A stretch of 64,000 bases of DNA from positions 186,001-250,000 of the forward strand of contig JBNJNM010000023.1 in assembly GCA_052426225.1 (NCBI GenBank). The letters are read 5' to 3'. The number at the start of each line of letters is the position of its first letter. The stretch's first letter is position 1. Source of the DNA: Zancudomyces culisetae HAW-14-8 (lineage: Eukaryota; Fungi; Kickxellomycota). Shown one piece after another: positions 48,997 to 61,280 of this stretch. Position numbers and translations under genes: made by a program. The notes beneath the pieces are model-generated. The model did not search any database and had not been told where the DNA came from. It saw nothing but the letters and a program-made list of their open reading frames with translations.

Positions 48997-50871
48997 TTAG
49001 AGAGTGGAAAGTAAAAAGGAATACATAAAAGAAGAAGGTTGGGTAAAATCGTTATCTACAAGATTCATCAAGACATAATCATTAGTGTAAGAGGACAGCA
49101 AATCAAAGGAGACGTTGCTGAGGTTGCGATAGACCTTTGCCCAAAGAGTCCAAAAGTCATAGGCCTCGTCCTTCCATGCCATGAAGGAGTTTGCATCGAC
49201 AATGGTGGGCTGGAGGATTTCGGAGGCAGGGAAGCAGCCCCAAGTGACGGCGTTGGAGACGTAGAGTTTGTTGGAGGGTAAGTTGGACTCCAAAAGACCG
49301 TCGTGGGTTACGGAAAGATAGGTGATGCGTTGTTGGGCATCAAGGGCGGATTTAAGGATCGAGTATTTGTGTTTGTGGACAAAGAACTCGAGATAAGCCT
49401 TCTTAAAGACAAAGCCGTTTGGCGGACCCCAGCCGTGTACAGGGTCGGTGGAAGGCACGGCATTGCAGCTGGGTTGAGAGTTGATGGTCAGCAGGCCAGC
49501 CTTGTTGAGTTGCTGCAAGTAGTCTGAGATTTCGGACGATTCGGAGCTGAGAGGCGCGTCGGACCAGGGCAAGGCAGCAGTTGTGCCGCGGATGTAGCCG
49601 ACAAAGATGTCAGCAACGTCATTGGCGGATTTGGGCGTTCCCCACAGCTTCAATGCTTCGGCCCGCGAAAACCGCCAGTTCATGCCATGGACCAACTCGC
49701 CATATGCAGGCGACCGGAAATCGCCCCAGCGGCCGTTGGGAAACTCGTCCCAGGAATTGGTGCGCTGGATGTACGACTGCTGGTTGTTGTTCCAGAAGAT
49801 CGGCCGCACCAACTCGCCCTCGCGGATACTGCCCATGGGCCACGGAAGTGTCTTGGTTTCTTCACAGCATATGTCTTGTTGTTTGTTGTTAGTGTCTCTT
49901 TTTGTTTGGATTAGTCCCAGTTGTTCTAGTATTATGCGTGTCGACCGCTCCAAATTCAATGTATAGAAATGCATTCCTTTACCATCCCCAAACTCCAGAA
50001 TCTCCCGCACCATTTCTACGCCATACTTGATTCCATAGTCTTTTACTTGCAAATCGTCGTCCTTGATTGCTGCCAGCTCCTCCATCACTCTCTTTGGCAC
50101 TTCGATTCCGCACAGCTCTACCATCCGCACAAACCCATTGTAGTTTTGGATCGGCATGATTCCTGGAACTATTGGAATCACTATTCCTTCCTCCCGACAC
50201 CTCCGCACCCATTTTTTGTACTTGCCTACATCATAAAATAGTTGTGTCACTATAAAATCCGCTCCTGCATCTTGTTTCTTTTTTAAAACCTTGATCCCTT
50301 CCAATACCCGCTGTTCACTCCTTCTTTTTCGTTCCTCCTCACTAATATCTCCTACTTCTTCTTCTTCCCGTCCCCCTGTTCCATATCCTTCTGGATACCC
50401 TGCTACCGAAATACAAAAATAATCCCCAAACTGTTCCTTGATATATTTTATCAATTGCACGCTGCTGTAAAACTCCTTTCCGTTAAACTCCTCGTAGTCT
50501 ATTTTCCCTTCATCCTGCCGCCGCTCCGTCAAATCCCCTCGCAACGCCAATATGTTCTGCACGCTGTTTCCTTTTGCCTTTTCCAGCGCATCTCGTATAT
50601 ACCCTGGCTCTGTCTCCGCACACGTCATGTGCATATTGGCCTCTACTCCATACACTATCTGCGATACATTACATATCTCCAGACTCAAGTCCTTACTCTT
50701 TCCTCCCCACCGCCACGTCACGTCTATAAACAACGGGTCAAACCCGCTCATTCTCCCAATCCGATCATACAAATTGATCAACCCCTGCGACGTCTTTGGT
50801 GGAAAGTACTCGAATGAATAGTATGGCTTGCCTATTTCTTCTGCCGCCTTGATTTTGTCGATTATCTTCAT
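48997..50871 (-). CDS. MET13: Methylenetetrahydrofolate reductase (eukaryotic type with regulatory domain)
   Basis: SFEYFPPKT, FIDVTW, NILALRGD, VAGYPEG, VTQLFYD, HFYTLN, WDEFPNGRWGD, TINSQP, NAVTWG. Confidence 0.95.
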   Translation of the reverse strand: MKIIDKIKAAEEIGKPYYSFEYFPPKTSQGLINLYDRIGRMSGFDPLFIDVTWRWGGKSKDLSLEICNVSQIVYGVEANMHMTCAETEPGYIRDALEKAKGNSVQNILALRGDLTERRQDEGKIDYEEFNGKEFYSSVQLIKYIKEQFGDYFCISVAGYPEGYGTGGREEEEVGDISEEERKRRSEQRVLEGIKVLKKKQDAGADFIVTQLFYDVGKYKKWVRRCREEGIVIPIVPGIMPIQNYNGFVRMVELCGIEVPKRVMEELAAIKDDDLQVKDYGIKYGVEMVREILEFGDGKGMHFYTLNLERSTRIILEQLGLIQTKRDTNNKQQDICCEETKTLPWPMGSIREGELVRPIFWNNNQQSYIQRTNSWDEFPNGRWGDFRSPAYGELVHGMNWRFSRAEALKLWGTPKSANDVADIFVGYIRGTTAALPWSDAPLSSESSEISDYLQQLNKAGLLTINSQPSCNAVPSTDPVHGWGPPNGFVFKKAYLEFFVHKHKYSILKSALDAQQRITYLSVTHDGLLESNLPSNKLYVSNAVTWGCFPASEILQPTIVDANSFMAWKDEAYDFWTLWAKVYRNLSNVSFDLLSSYTNDYVLMNLVDNDFTQPSSFMYSFLLSTL

Positions 50872-53800
50872 TCTCTCTTTTTTTTTTCTTTTCTACCTTT
50901 GTTGTTTTTTTTCCGGGACCTCCTTTTTTTTTATTTTTTTTTGTTATTGCTTTTGTTTCTATTTGTTTGTTTCGCTTTCTCTATAATATATTAAATAACT
51001 AGGTATATCTGATATGTCTGTTTGTTTATTCAAAGTTATCTTGTTGGTTTTGGTTTTGGCTTAGGTTTCTTTTTATTTTCACCTACCACTTCTTTAAAAT
51101 AATATATAATATTAATATAATGTATAATCTATAGTGATAATGTATAACGTATAATACCAGTTCCTAAATATTCTCAATTCATAATATCAGTGATTAAAAA
51201 AACAATAAAAAACAATAATAGTACATCTCGTGTGATTATAGTTTATATTTTATACCTAAATTAGGAAATCCCTCCCCCCCACCTTCCCTTCCCTCCTCCC
51301 CCAATCAACCAATATATCATGGTATAAAAGAAGTAAGCACCTCAATATTATTCTTCTAGTTACCTAAAAATGTCTAAACAACATGGGAAAAAAAAAAAAA
51401 TTTTTTTTTCTACTCGATTGATTCACCAATACATTTTATTTTACTCGCTTTATTTGAAATTTTTATGGTGATATAGAGTAAATAGTAAAAAAAAAAGTGT
51501 GATTAAACGAAAAAAGAAAAAAAAAATCGATATAAATGTTTGAAGATGAATTTTTTCCACTCTTTCACTTTATTTCATTTTTACTTTTTGCTTTTTACTT
51601 TTTACGTTTTTATTTTGTGTGTATATGCAAGTGTGTGTGATTAATTTTGATTTTGACTTTATACATCTATAATTAATTATTTTTTATTTACTGTTTTTTA
51701 ATTTCTAATCTTTCTTTTACAACATTGAAGAAATTAATATTAAAAAAAGTATAGTCAAAAATTCAGACAAGATATTAGCCTATTACATAAATAACTGTAC
51801 TGTTTTTTTTATTGTTTTTTTTTAAAAGTTTCAAACTTATATCCCAATGGTTTTAAACGTTGCAAAAATACTACAAGTTCTAAGGCAAAAGTGAAGAAAT
51901 GAAGAAGGGGGGGGGGGAGAGGGAGGAAGAAAGTCTGCTTGTTTTGTTTTTGTTTTGTTTTGTTTTTTTTATTAAAATAACAGAACAATAAAGGAAGTGT
52001 GGTTTAAATTGGAAAGTTGTATTTAACTTGTGGTGGAAAAAAAGAAAACCGTTAAACCCAATTTTTTTAGCCTACTCGCATACACATACACATCCACATA
52101 CTCATACTCATACATCAAATGTGTTTTACAGCTATAGGTTGCCTTTGTCATACACATACGCAAATATTGCCAATCACTCTTTTGATTCTTTTCTTCGATT
52201 AACCTTTCTGTACATTTATACTATACGTATACATATGCATATGCACATGCACGTGTGTTTTTCTTTTCCATTACACGTTTATACATTTATACATTTGTAT
52301 ATACACATCATCCCAATTCGCAATTACTTTTTTCTTTTTACTTTTTAGGTTTTTATGTTTCTGGAATCTTAAAACTAAAGAGTCAAGTAATCAAGCAATC
52401 AAGCAATTGCAACAAAAATAAAAATAGGGGTGATAATGATAATAAAAAGTAATGCTGTTATACGCATATGCTTGTGTTAACGAGTAGATGAGTGGGTGAT
52501 AATGGAACTTGAACAAGAAAAAGGAAATTCAAAAGGTAGATAAGAGAGAAGACAAAGGAAAAGAAAGGAAAAGAAAGCAAAAGAAAAGAAAAAAGACAAA
52601 GTGAGGTGAAAGGGAGTGGAATTCATCAAGTCATTTTTCCAATACTAAACTACCTATAATTCCATCTATCTGTGAATAACTAACAGTGAATAAATACAAT
52701 TTTATAAAATGTGCAGATTCCACCCTTTTTAATTTACCGTATTCATAATGCCATGTATTTTTATTCACTAAATCCGGGACCTGCTGACTTTATACACCAC
52801 ATCAACCTTTTTATGTGTGTATATGAGTGTGTATATGAGTGTGTATTATTATTCCAATAATGATAATTCTTCTTATTGGTAATAAGTATATTACGATAAA
52901 TGTCCTCTACTGGACCGACTATTTGTATTCCAAATATAAAATGACACAAACAGACACACACAAATACCTAGTATCACATTTTGTCTCATTGACCAACAAA
53001 CTAACCCACTTCAAACTACTTTATTATCTCTATATCGGCTGCTTTATACTTTTTTTACTTTATTACTATCTTTTAATGAAAAGTCGAAAAGTAAAGAATA
53101 GAATATAAATAAATAAGTAGATGGATATATATAGATAGATAGATAGATAGATAAACAATTACTAAAGCTTATTAACAACACCTTTTCCTTCCAATTGATT
53201 ATGCAATCCTCGTTCCTGATCACCTGGTGTTATCCATATTTGCTCTTCATATTGCTTTTATGTGTATCAAACCTAAAAATACTCGCTTGTACATTCATAC
53301 ATTTTTATTCATTTATGTATACATAGAGGAAGAAGAGGCGGAAATGAGGTAATAATTAACAATACTACTCACTCTTAAATCCCTCCTCCCTATTCCAAGA
53401 GTAAGGTCTACTTCCATCCACCTCCTATATCCATGAAAAAATGTTGTTGTTTATCTTTACAGCACTTTGAATAGTCACACGCATAATATACGTATACAAA
53501 TATATATACAACCGCATCTAGGTTATTATTTTCAACTTGCTTTCTCAAATAGTACTACTTTTAAAGCACCAAGCTTGTCCCACCCATCCTCCTCATCCTC
53601 CTCATCTATTACCTCCATTGCCCCCTATACAAAAAGAAAAGGACCAAGTCTAAATTCACTACAACATCAAATATGGATAAGGTGAGAATGCCCATATATT
53701 GCTCTTAGACTTCATTTTCATGCACAAAAGGGTTTTTCAACTGTCCGCATATTCTTTTTTTCCCCCAGCAATCTCAAACATGTGTAAATGTACTTTGCAA

Positions 53801-54171
53801 AATGTATTTGTAATCCAAGATTCATGCTAATTTGGTAAAAACAACAGCACCAACAAAATAAAATAAAATAAAATAAAATAAATAGTGAGTACAAGAAGTG
53901 GTCTTGTCAAATCAGATTAGCAAATGATAAAAAACTAAAAAATAAAAAATAAAAAATAAAAAAAAAAAAGCATTTGCCCAATTTCCATTTACATGTGATT
54001 TGCTACGAATATGCCTTTTCCACTCTTTAGCTTGATTTTTTTTTTTGGACTTTTACAACTTTATAATTACAAAAAAAAAAAAAATTCGTTATAAAAGCTT
54101 AGTGAAAAAAAAAGTAGCAGAAAAGTAAAACTAAAATAAAGTAAATGAGCTAAAAATCTAGAATTAGAAAA

Positions 54172-55193
54172 ATGAATTCAACAAAATTGTTAAAAACTGT
54201 CAATAGATTCAACAACAGATTGCTGACAACCGGTTGTAGGACATCTTTTCAACAAAGAGCCCATATAATTCCAGCGATCTCTATCCGTTCGATTTCCCTC
54301 ATTGCCAGAAACGGTACCCATAGCCATTCACCTATAACAAAAAGTCTATTCACAAATAATTCACAAACGATCTCAAGTAAGTAAAATTATAAACGCCTTT
54401 CTTTTCCTCTTTTTTCTTCTCTCTCCTTTCAAAATGTAGTTTTTCTATATATACATATATATTTTTTTTTGGGAAATCATCATACTAATCATACCTCCAC
54501 CATCGTCTCACCTATTATTCGAAATAAATAGAACGATCGTTGTTTATTCAGGTCGAAACTACACCAAATCAAAATGCACTAAAATTTATTCCCGGAACTA
54601 AGGTTTTGGAATCCACAAGCACGGTTGAATTTACCTCGCCCAAGGCCTCGATCAAATCACCACTGGCCTCGCGCCTGTTTTCGGTGAGCGGAGTCGAAAC
54701 AGTGCTTTTTGGATCTGATTTCATTTCGATTTCCAAGAATCCCGATTCCGAATGGCATGTCCTCAAACCCGAAATCTTCTCAATAATAATGGATCACCTA
54801 TCTTCTGGTCAACCAATTCTCTCAAACCATTCGCGAAATTCAACTCAGCAGGAAGAAGATCAAGATCTCGACGATATAGATAGCCAAATCAAAGAACTGA
54901 TCGAAACTAGAATCCGTCCATCAATCCAAGAAGACGGAGGTGATTTGGATTTTGTAGGATTCGATGTCGAAACTGGTGTTGTGCAAATAGTTCTACGTGG
55001 TGCATGTCGCGGATGCTCCAGCTCCGAAGTTACACTCAAAAACGGTATCGAAAGTATGCTTACTTACTACATTCCTGAAGTAACTAGTGTTGTAAGCGTC
55101 CAAACCGAATTGGAAGCATTGAACTTTGATGAATTCAACAAATTCCAGTCCAAACTCAATAAGGATACCAGTTCCTCAGAGTTGGATGCATAG
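54172..55193 (+). CDS. NFU1: Mitochondrial Fe-S cluster scaffold Nfu1; exons 54172-54376, 54532-55193
   Basis: Presequence exon, intron GTAAGT(54377)..TAG(54531), then FIQVETTPN.NALKF, RIRPSIQEDGGD, GACRGC.SS.VTLKNGIE. Confidence 0.95.
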
Positions 55194-56636
55194 TGAGTGG
55201 AGAACGGTGGAAATGGTAAATCTTGCATTTATTTCCTCCCCTCTACCCCCCCCATCCGCCTCCTACTCTCCCTCCTTTTCTTTCTTTAGACTCGTATGAT
55301 ATTCACTGTTTACTTTTTAGCCACCGTTTTCTTTTTTATTTTATATTTTCATGTACATCAAATGAGTTTGTTTTTAATTTATTTATTTTAGCTATACTTT
55401 ATTAGCTTTTTTGTTTAGATTTCCCAACTGACACCTGAGTAACTCTGAAGATGAGTAAAAAGATACGCAAACAGTGTATGAGCAATCCCTCTATAAAATT
55501 ATTGTATAAAACTATTTAATTAGGCATAAAATAAACATTGTCACGCGACCTTCCAGAAACGTGTATCATCTTGTAGTACCATAAATTCACACTTCAGGTC
55601 TTCCAAACTTTATTGCAAAAATGAATAAATATCACTAAGATTAGTTGTGATAAACATCCTTCCACGCTCCCACGCTACCACGCTCCCACCCCCCTTCTCA
55701 CTTCATTTCTAACTTCAAAGTGCTAAAAAAGTATATGCGAAAACCACTTATTAAGAATCTCTATTGTCGCAGTAACACCAACTCTCTCCCACCCTCCCAC
55801 ATACACGTATAAATGTACTCATATATATATATATGTACATGCACACGCACACGCACACAGTTTTTGTACAGCTCAAAACCATTATTGTCACAAAAGCCAA
55901 AGTTCTGCAGTTTTCTTTTATGAGTTGCAAAAGTTTTCACATAAAATTTGCAATGTCACCAGTAATAAAAACGTATACTTTCCTCCTTTCCTCCCCAATT
56001 CATCACATTAACAAGCCAATTATGCAGTTTAATTTACACTGTGTAACTACTACCATACCACTCAATACACACATCTTCGATGAGTATGGTTATTTAATAT
56101 TTATTTCTCAATACCTATACACGAATGTATTCATCTTGCCCAATGGTATCACAATGCTGATTATTTTTTTATATTTTGGCTTACTTGTCATGATATATCC
56201 ATAAAGATTGAAGTAAGGAAATGGTGCAAAGTACAAGTGATATCCAGGAGACACAGTCTAACAACAAATGCGAACCAATGTGCAATAATCTTCATCAAGG
56301 TGGTTATAAAACGAGGCTGGAAAACTTTATACACCTTTGTTTTAGTGTTTGTACCCTTTATATGTTTAATTGGTACTTGGGTTTCTATTATTTGCCAAGT
56401 ATATATCAAGTAGTCTCGAGACAATATATTTGCTAGACTGTGTGGTGTGTTCCCTTTGAGTATTTAGTACAAGTTTTTAATGTTATTGGATTTAAATAAT
56501 TTATACAAATATTACAAAATAACAAACATATACTACAAAGTAATTCACAACCCAATCGTGGCTACAAAATATTTATTACCACTAGACGACAGGGTGGTTA
56601 GCGGAGCAAATATACATAAAACAGAAAATTCCAGAA

Positions 56637-57731
56637 ATGTTAAAAAGAAGTGTTAATAACCCAAAAAAAAACCAAAGCGCCGATTTGAACATACATAGCA
56701 TCACCGACGCTGATGTAGATGCTGGTGTCGAAATAGTATATGTCCAAAATTTGCCCCCAAGGCAGGATATCACGGATTTTAGCAACGAGTTTAGAGATCA
56801 GGGGAAAAAAATATCACCAATGTATTTCAATTCTTTTGTTACAAGCGTGTTGGGTAAAGGGTGTTCTGGAAGCGTGTATTATGCCCTACCAAAACTATTC
56901 CCAAACTCACCATTTGCAATAAAAACAATGCCAAAAAGTATCGCAAACAAGAAAAGCGGCACTATATGTACGGGCGTGGAAAGTGATTACCTGAGTAACG
57001 AGTTACTTAGTATCAAGCTATCCTCAGTCAGCAAAAATATAATCAAATATTTGTTTTTGGGAGAAACTCCACATGAATATTTGTTAATCATGAATTATTG
57101 CTTTTATGGAACGCTATATGACTTGCTCAAAACAGGCGGTCTATCGGATAACCCGTGGAAAACAATAACCAGGTCAAATACTACAGTAAAAAGAGCACTA
57201 CTTCAAATAACAACTGCAGTCACTGTTTGCCATGAACACAATGTGTACCACAGAGACATAAAACCAGATAACATCCTCGTTGGCGTTGATGGATACTTGA
57301 AGCTGGCAGACTTTGGATTTGCAACAACAAAGCTGTGGTCCCAGAATTTCGGATGTGGGAGTATATCCTATATAAGCCCAGAGGCACTAGAGCGCAATTT
57401 TTGCTTGTATTATAAACAAATGCTTTTTAGGGACATTTACCGAATACAGGTATATAACGCCGAGCTAAACGATATTTGGTCTCTTGGAATTTTATTTATA
57501 AATATTGTATTTCGTTCTAATCCCTGGAGTAAAGCAGCGCTGTGCGATCCCCAGTTTTATTCGTATTACCAAACACCAAATATCATGGCCTTAAACTTTA
57601 ATTTTTCAAAGATGTTTTTTAATTTAGTCTCGTCGATGCTTAACTTGGATTTCGAGAAAAGACCAGAAGCCAAAACAGTGTTGCTCAGCCTAACAAGCAT
57701 GGAATCATTTTCTCGCAACTTTCACCAATAG
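56637..57731 (+). CDS. Ser/Thr protein kinase, Ran1/Pat1-Sks1/Vhs1 family
   Basis: LGKGCSGSVY, FAIK, HRDIKPDNIL, DFG, FGCGS..Y.SPE, NDIWSLG...IN.....NPW.KA. The last two are characteristic of the Ran1/Pat1 group. Confidence 0.8.
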   Translation: MLKRSVNNPKKNQSADLNIHSITDADVDAGVEIVYVQNLPPRQDITDFSNEFRDQGKKISPMYFNSFVTSVLGKGCSGSVYYALPKLFPNSPFAIKTMPKSIANKKSGTICTGVESDYLSNELLSIKLSSVSKNIIKYLFLGETPHEYLLIMNYCFYGTLYDLLKTGGLSDNPWKTITRSNTTVKRALLQITTAVTVCHEHNVYHRDIKPDNILVGVDGYLKLADFGFATTKLWSQNFGCGSISYISPEALERNFCLYYKQMLFRDIYRIQVYNAELNDIWSLGILFINIVFRSNPWSKAALCDPQFYSYYQTPNIMALNFNFSKMFFNLVSSMLNLDFEKRPEAKTVLLSLTSMESFSRNFHQ

Positions 57732-58815
57732 CAGCAAAATTAGCTAACTGGTCGTTTTTACTCTAAACTAGGTATGTGTATGATTAAAGTCAGGGAATAG
57801 GTTTTGATAGCTATGTGGGCTAATAGATTCATTTCAGACACTATATTGTTGTATATCTTTAGCAAATCCAGCAAAAGTGCATTTGTTTGCACATTTAAAT
57901 AAAGAAGAGATTGTCGAATTATTTTGAGAGAATCGCATCGTTTATGCACAATCCCACACACCGAATACCACCTACGCAGAAAAACAGACCTTGTCAATTG
58001 TGCCTCCCCCACCTGTATCTCTTTACCATATTTTCCCCGATAATTTTTTTTCGTAAGACTTGGTAGATTTTAACAAGCGTTTTTCCATTTGATGTATATA
58101 ATCTCAGAGGATCTACAATCAGCATCTTTATTTTCGAAACCACTGAATAAAAAAAAAGTTAAACTAAATACAATCCAGGATCAACACGAGCTTTACTTCC
58201 TATTAAAAAATGCTCAATACAAAGATTTGCAAATATCCAAAAAATATATATATTGATTGTTAAAGTTCTTTGTTTTCTTTTTTGTAGTACATCAGTTCGT
58301 TGCTATAAATTTTGAATTGGATTTATTCGCAGTTTGACTTTGTTCAAAATGTAGGCATTTGAAACTTGATATTCAAATGCATTTAATAACGATGACAGAG
58401 CTTTTTGAAACACAGACAGCCTGTTTAGATACCATTGCGGTTCTTATATTAATGTTCTAGACACATTTTCAGTAACTTTATGGTAAAACCAATGTGATAG
58501 ATTTTCAACAAACTTTTCTCAACAATCCCTCCTCTAAACACGTATCTTTTATCACCTAAATATACTGAACCAAATCACTTTGTTAATGTATAGAGTGCTC
58601 AAAGTAGGATAAAAATCATTCAATTCAGCAACAGAATCCCAACATTTACATCGAGAGCATGATATATTGTTGTTTTTCAAATGAAATTAAAAGTTTAAAC
58701 CGTGCATTAAAGTAGGAATACTATAAAAGCAGCTGAACGATTCAAAAAAAAGAGCTTTCACATTTCATCTATAAACTCAAGAATTGTATACCTTATTCCG
58801 ACGCATAAAAGTAAT

Positions 58816-60084
58816 ATGAAGTCATTATTTGTGCTCCTTTGTCTTCTTGGAGAAATATTAGCCAGGACATGGTTTGATGGATTAAACTACAACCCAAAAC
58901 AAAAAGATGGTAGCTGCCCAACCGTTGATACCGTGCGAAGTGATTTGAGTGCAATGGCACCATATACCGATACCATTAAAATCTTTAGCGTAAAGGATTG
59001 TAATCAGGGAGAGCCTGTTTTAAGAGCTGTTGAGGGAACAAGCTGGAAAGTTGTGCTGGGAATGTGGGTGGGTCCTGACGATTCTGCATTTAACGCAGAC
59101 GTTCAAGAATTGACCAGACTAAACTCTGTATTTGATCTCAAAAAGTATGTGAAGTATGTCGTGGTTGGTAGTGAATCTCTTTATAGAAAAGATCAAACTG
59201 AAGACCAACTCATAGCAAAAATCAACCAGGCTAGACAACTCCTCAACAGTTTGGGATTGAGTAGCATACCAGTAACCACCGCAGATGTATACTTGAACTA
59301 TAGTGCACGACTTGCATCAGCTGTCGATTTCGTAATGATGAACGCATTTACATACTGGGAAGGTGTACCAATAGAAGCAGCCGCCAACACAATGTTTGAA
59401 CACATAAATGCAGTAAAGGCCATTTCTGGAGGCAAGAGAGTAGTTGTTGGGGAAACTGGCTGGCCTACACGCGGTTCAAACTTTGGAGCAGCTGTTCCCA
59501 GTTTGGCGAATTCGGCAAGATATATGAGAGAATTTATTTGTAGAGCACATGCAGAACAAATCGAGTATTATTGGTATGCAGCAATTGACACACCATGGAA
59601 CACCACACCAACTAACACGGTTGAAGCACACTTTGGTATTTTGGATGCAGACCACAACCCAAAATATCCAGGCGACAACTGGTTTGCTTGTGATAATAGC
59701 AGTACTTCGACAACCAGCAGTTCCAGCACAAGTACAAATAGTAGCACAAGCACCAGTAGTAGTACAAGTAGTAGTACAAGTAATAGCACAGGTACAAGCA
59801 CAGCTACAAGCACAACTACATCTAGTCAAAACAATGGAAATGCTGAAGGGAATGTGATTATAATTACAATAACTGTAACAGAAACAGAGATAATAACAGA
59901 AACAGCAGCATATTCCAGACAACCCAGCAGCTCTACTACAACCACAACCACAACCACAAAAACAACTACTACGACTACTGCCTCCACAGCAACCACAGCA
60001 ACCACTAGCACAACTTCATCTTCACCAACTTACACCCCACTAATAATGTGTAGCTGCTGGGCAGTCTCGCCGCTTTCAACATAA
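58816..60084 (+). CDS. Secreted GH17 beta-1,3-glucanase/glucanosyltransferase (Bgl2-like) with Ser/Thr-rich tail
   Basis: Signal peptide, K.DGSC, VVGSESLYR (acid/base), GETGWPT.G (nucleophile), E.HFGI, then a long S/T tract. Confidence 0.9.
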   Translation: MKSLFVLLCLLGEILARTWFDGLNYNPKQKDGSCPTVDTVRSDLSAMAPYTDTIKIFSVKDCNQGEPVLRAVEGTSWKVVLGMWVGPDDSAFNADVQELTRLNSVFDLKKYVKYVVVGSESLYRKDQTEDQLIAKINQARQLLNSLGLSSIPVTTADVYLNYSARLASAVDFVMMNAFTYWEGVPIEAAANTMFEHINAVKAISGGKRVVVGETGWPTRGSNFGAAVPSLANSARYMREFICRAHAEQIEYYWYAAIDTPWNTTPTNTVEAHFGILDADHNPKYPGDNWFACDNSSTSTTSSSSTSTNSSTSTSSSTSSSTSNSTGTSTATSTTTSSQNNGNAEGNVIIITITVTETEIITETAAYSRQPSSSTTTTTTTTKTTTTTTASTATTATTSTTSSSPTYTPLIMCSCWAVSPLST

Positions 60085-60932
60085 AATATATCTATATTAC
60101 CTTCACCGAGTTTTACAAACGCTTCGGTTTTACCCAGTACCCAAAAAATTTTATAAGAGTGCACTTGTTGTGTTTTTTACAGCTACACCTACCCAAACAA
60201 AGGTGGTTGATGGAAGTGTGACTTTTTATTATTCTGTCAAAGAAAACTAATATATTTTAGACTCGCCTCAAGAATGTTTTCGCCATTTATTTTGTTTAAT
60301 TTATTATAGCATCAGCCTAGTAATTATTAAGTAGTATTTTTCAAAATAATAAACGAAAAGAGGTATATTATATGAACAAACTGCTTATGTATATATGTGT
60401 CAGATAATGCTAGAAACAGGAAATTACAGGAATTTGCATACAAGATTTTTTTTTTCGCGATTTCATGGTGAATCGAGTAAATAACTAATAATCACTTACG
60501 CCTCAGTGACAAAAATACACATAAAGGGTATAACAAACTAGCATACCATTGTAAAAAAGTTTGGTCTGTGGATTGTATTCCTGTTGTTTTACTTTTCTTT
60601 TTCAAAGAGTGTATATGTATACAGCAGATCTTGGTTTAACATAAGGTACTGAGAGCATGTCTGTTTTGGGGTCTGAGTATAAGTTTCGGACATATCAAAT
60701 ATAAAGAAAACCAATCGCAACAATGATTGGACAGTGTGATATTGACACATAATTGGTGGGCGATTTTCAATAGGGTAGCCAAAACATTGAAAATTCAAAA
60801 AATTGAAAAAATGGTTTGGAAAAAAAAAGACAAAAACAAATTAAAGTGCCTCTAATCTATTATTTTTTTGTTCAGCAAGTCTTTGTGTAGTAATAAGACA
60901 TCAAAGTATATATAAGAACGAGCTACTAAAAG

Positions 60933-61257
60933 GTGAGTGCGAATGCGTTAATTATACTGAAGATGGATAATATAAATCAGATGGTATCATACGGAATGTA
61001 CATCGACGCTGTGTATTGGAACGGCGCCTTTTTTCAGGATTATAGTTGAATCCTTTTACTGAAGATTTGTGCTTGCAGAGTGTAAATCCGTGAAAAGATT
61101 TTTTGAATCTGGAAATTGTATTGCTGAAATCAACGTTTAACAACGGAGATATCAAACTGTTTATTTTGAAACACGGCTTGTCAATCGAACTTTTGTCACG
61201 GCATAACACAGTTTTTAATTTGAAATAGAAACTTATTTGTATTGTTCTTATAAATAG
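60933..61257 (+). other. 5'-UTR intron of RPS10
   Basis: AG|GTGAGT at 60933 and TAG acceptor at 61257, 23 nt before the ATG. Confidence 0.6.
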
Positions 61258-61280
61258 GCAAGAAACAGGGTACTATCAAA

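Noticed and set aside
52760-53760. Short coding-looking patches on the minus strand (e.g. MEVIDEEDEEDGWDKLG, QIWITPGDQERG)
   Set aside because: Could not be joined into a consistent spliced ORF or matched to a family.
55887-55895. GTCACAAAA (Ndt80 MSE-like site) upstream of the kinase; similar at ~47028
   Set aside because: A short A-rich motif expected by chance in this composition, with no clustering.
61020-61215. Hairpin-like segments in the RPS10 leader intron as an H/ACA snoRNA
   Set aside because: No properly placed ANANNA hinge or clear two-hairpin architecture by eye.
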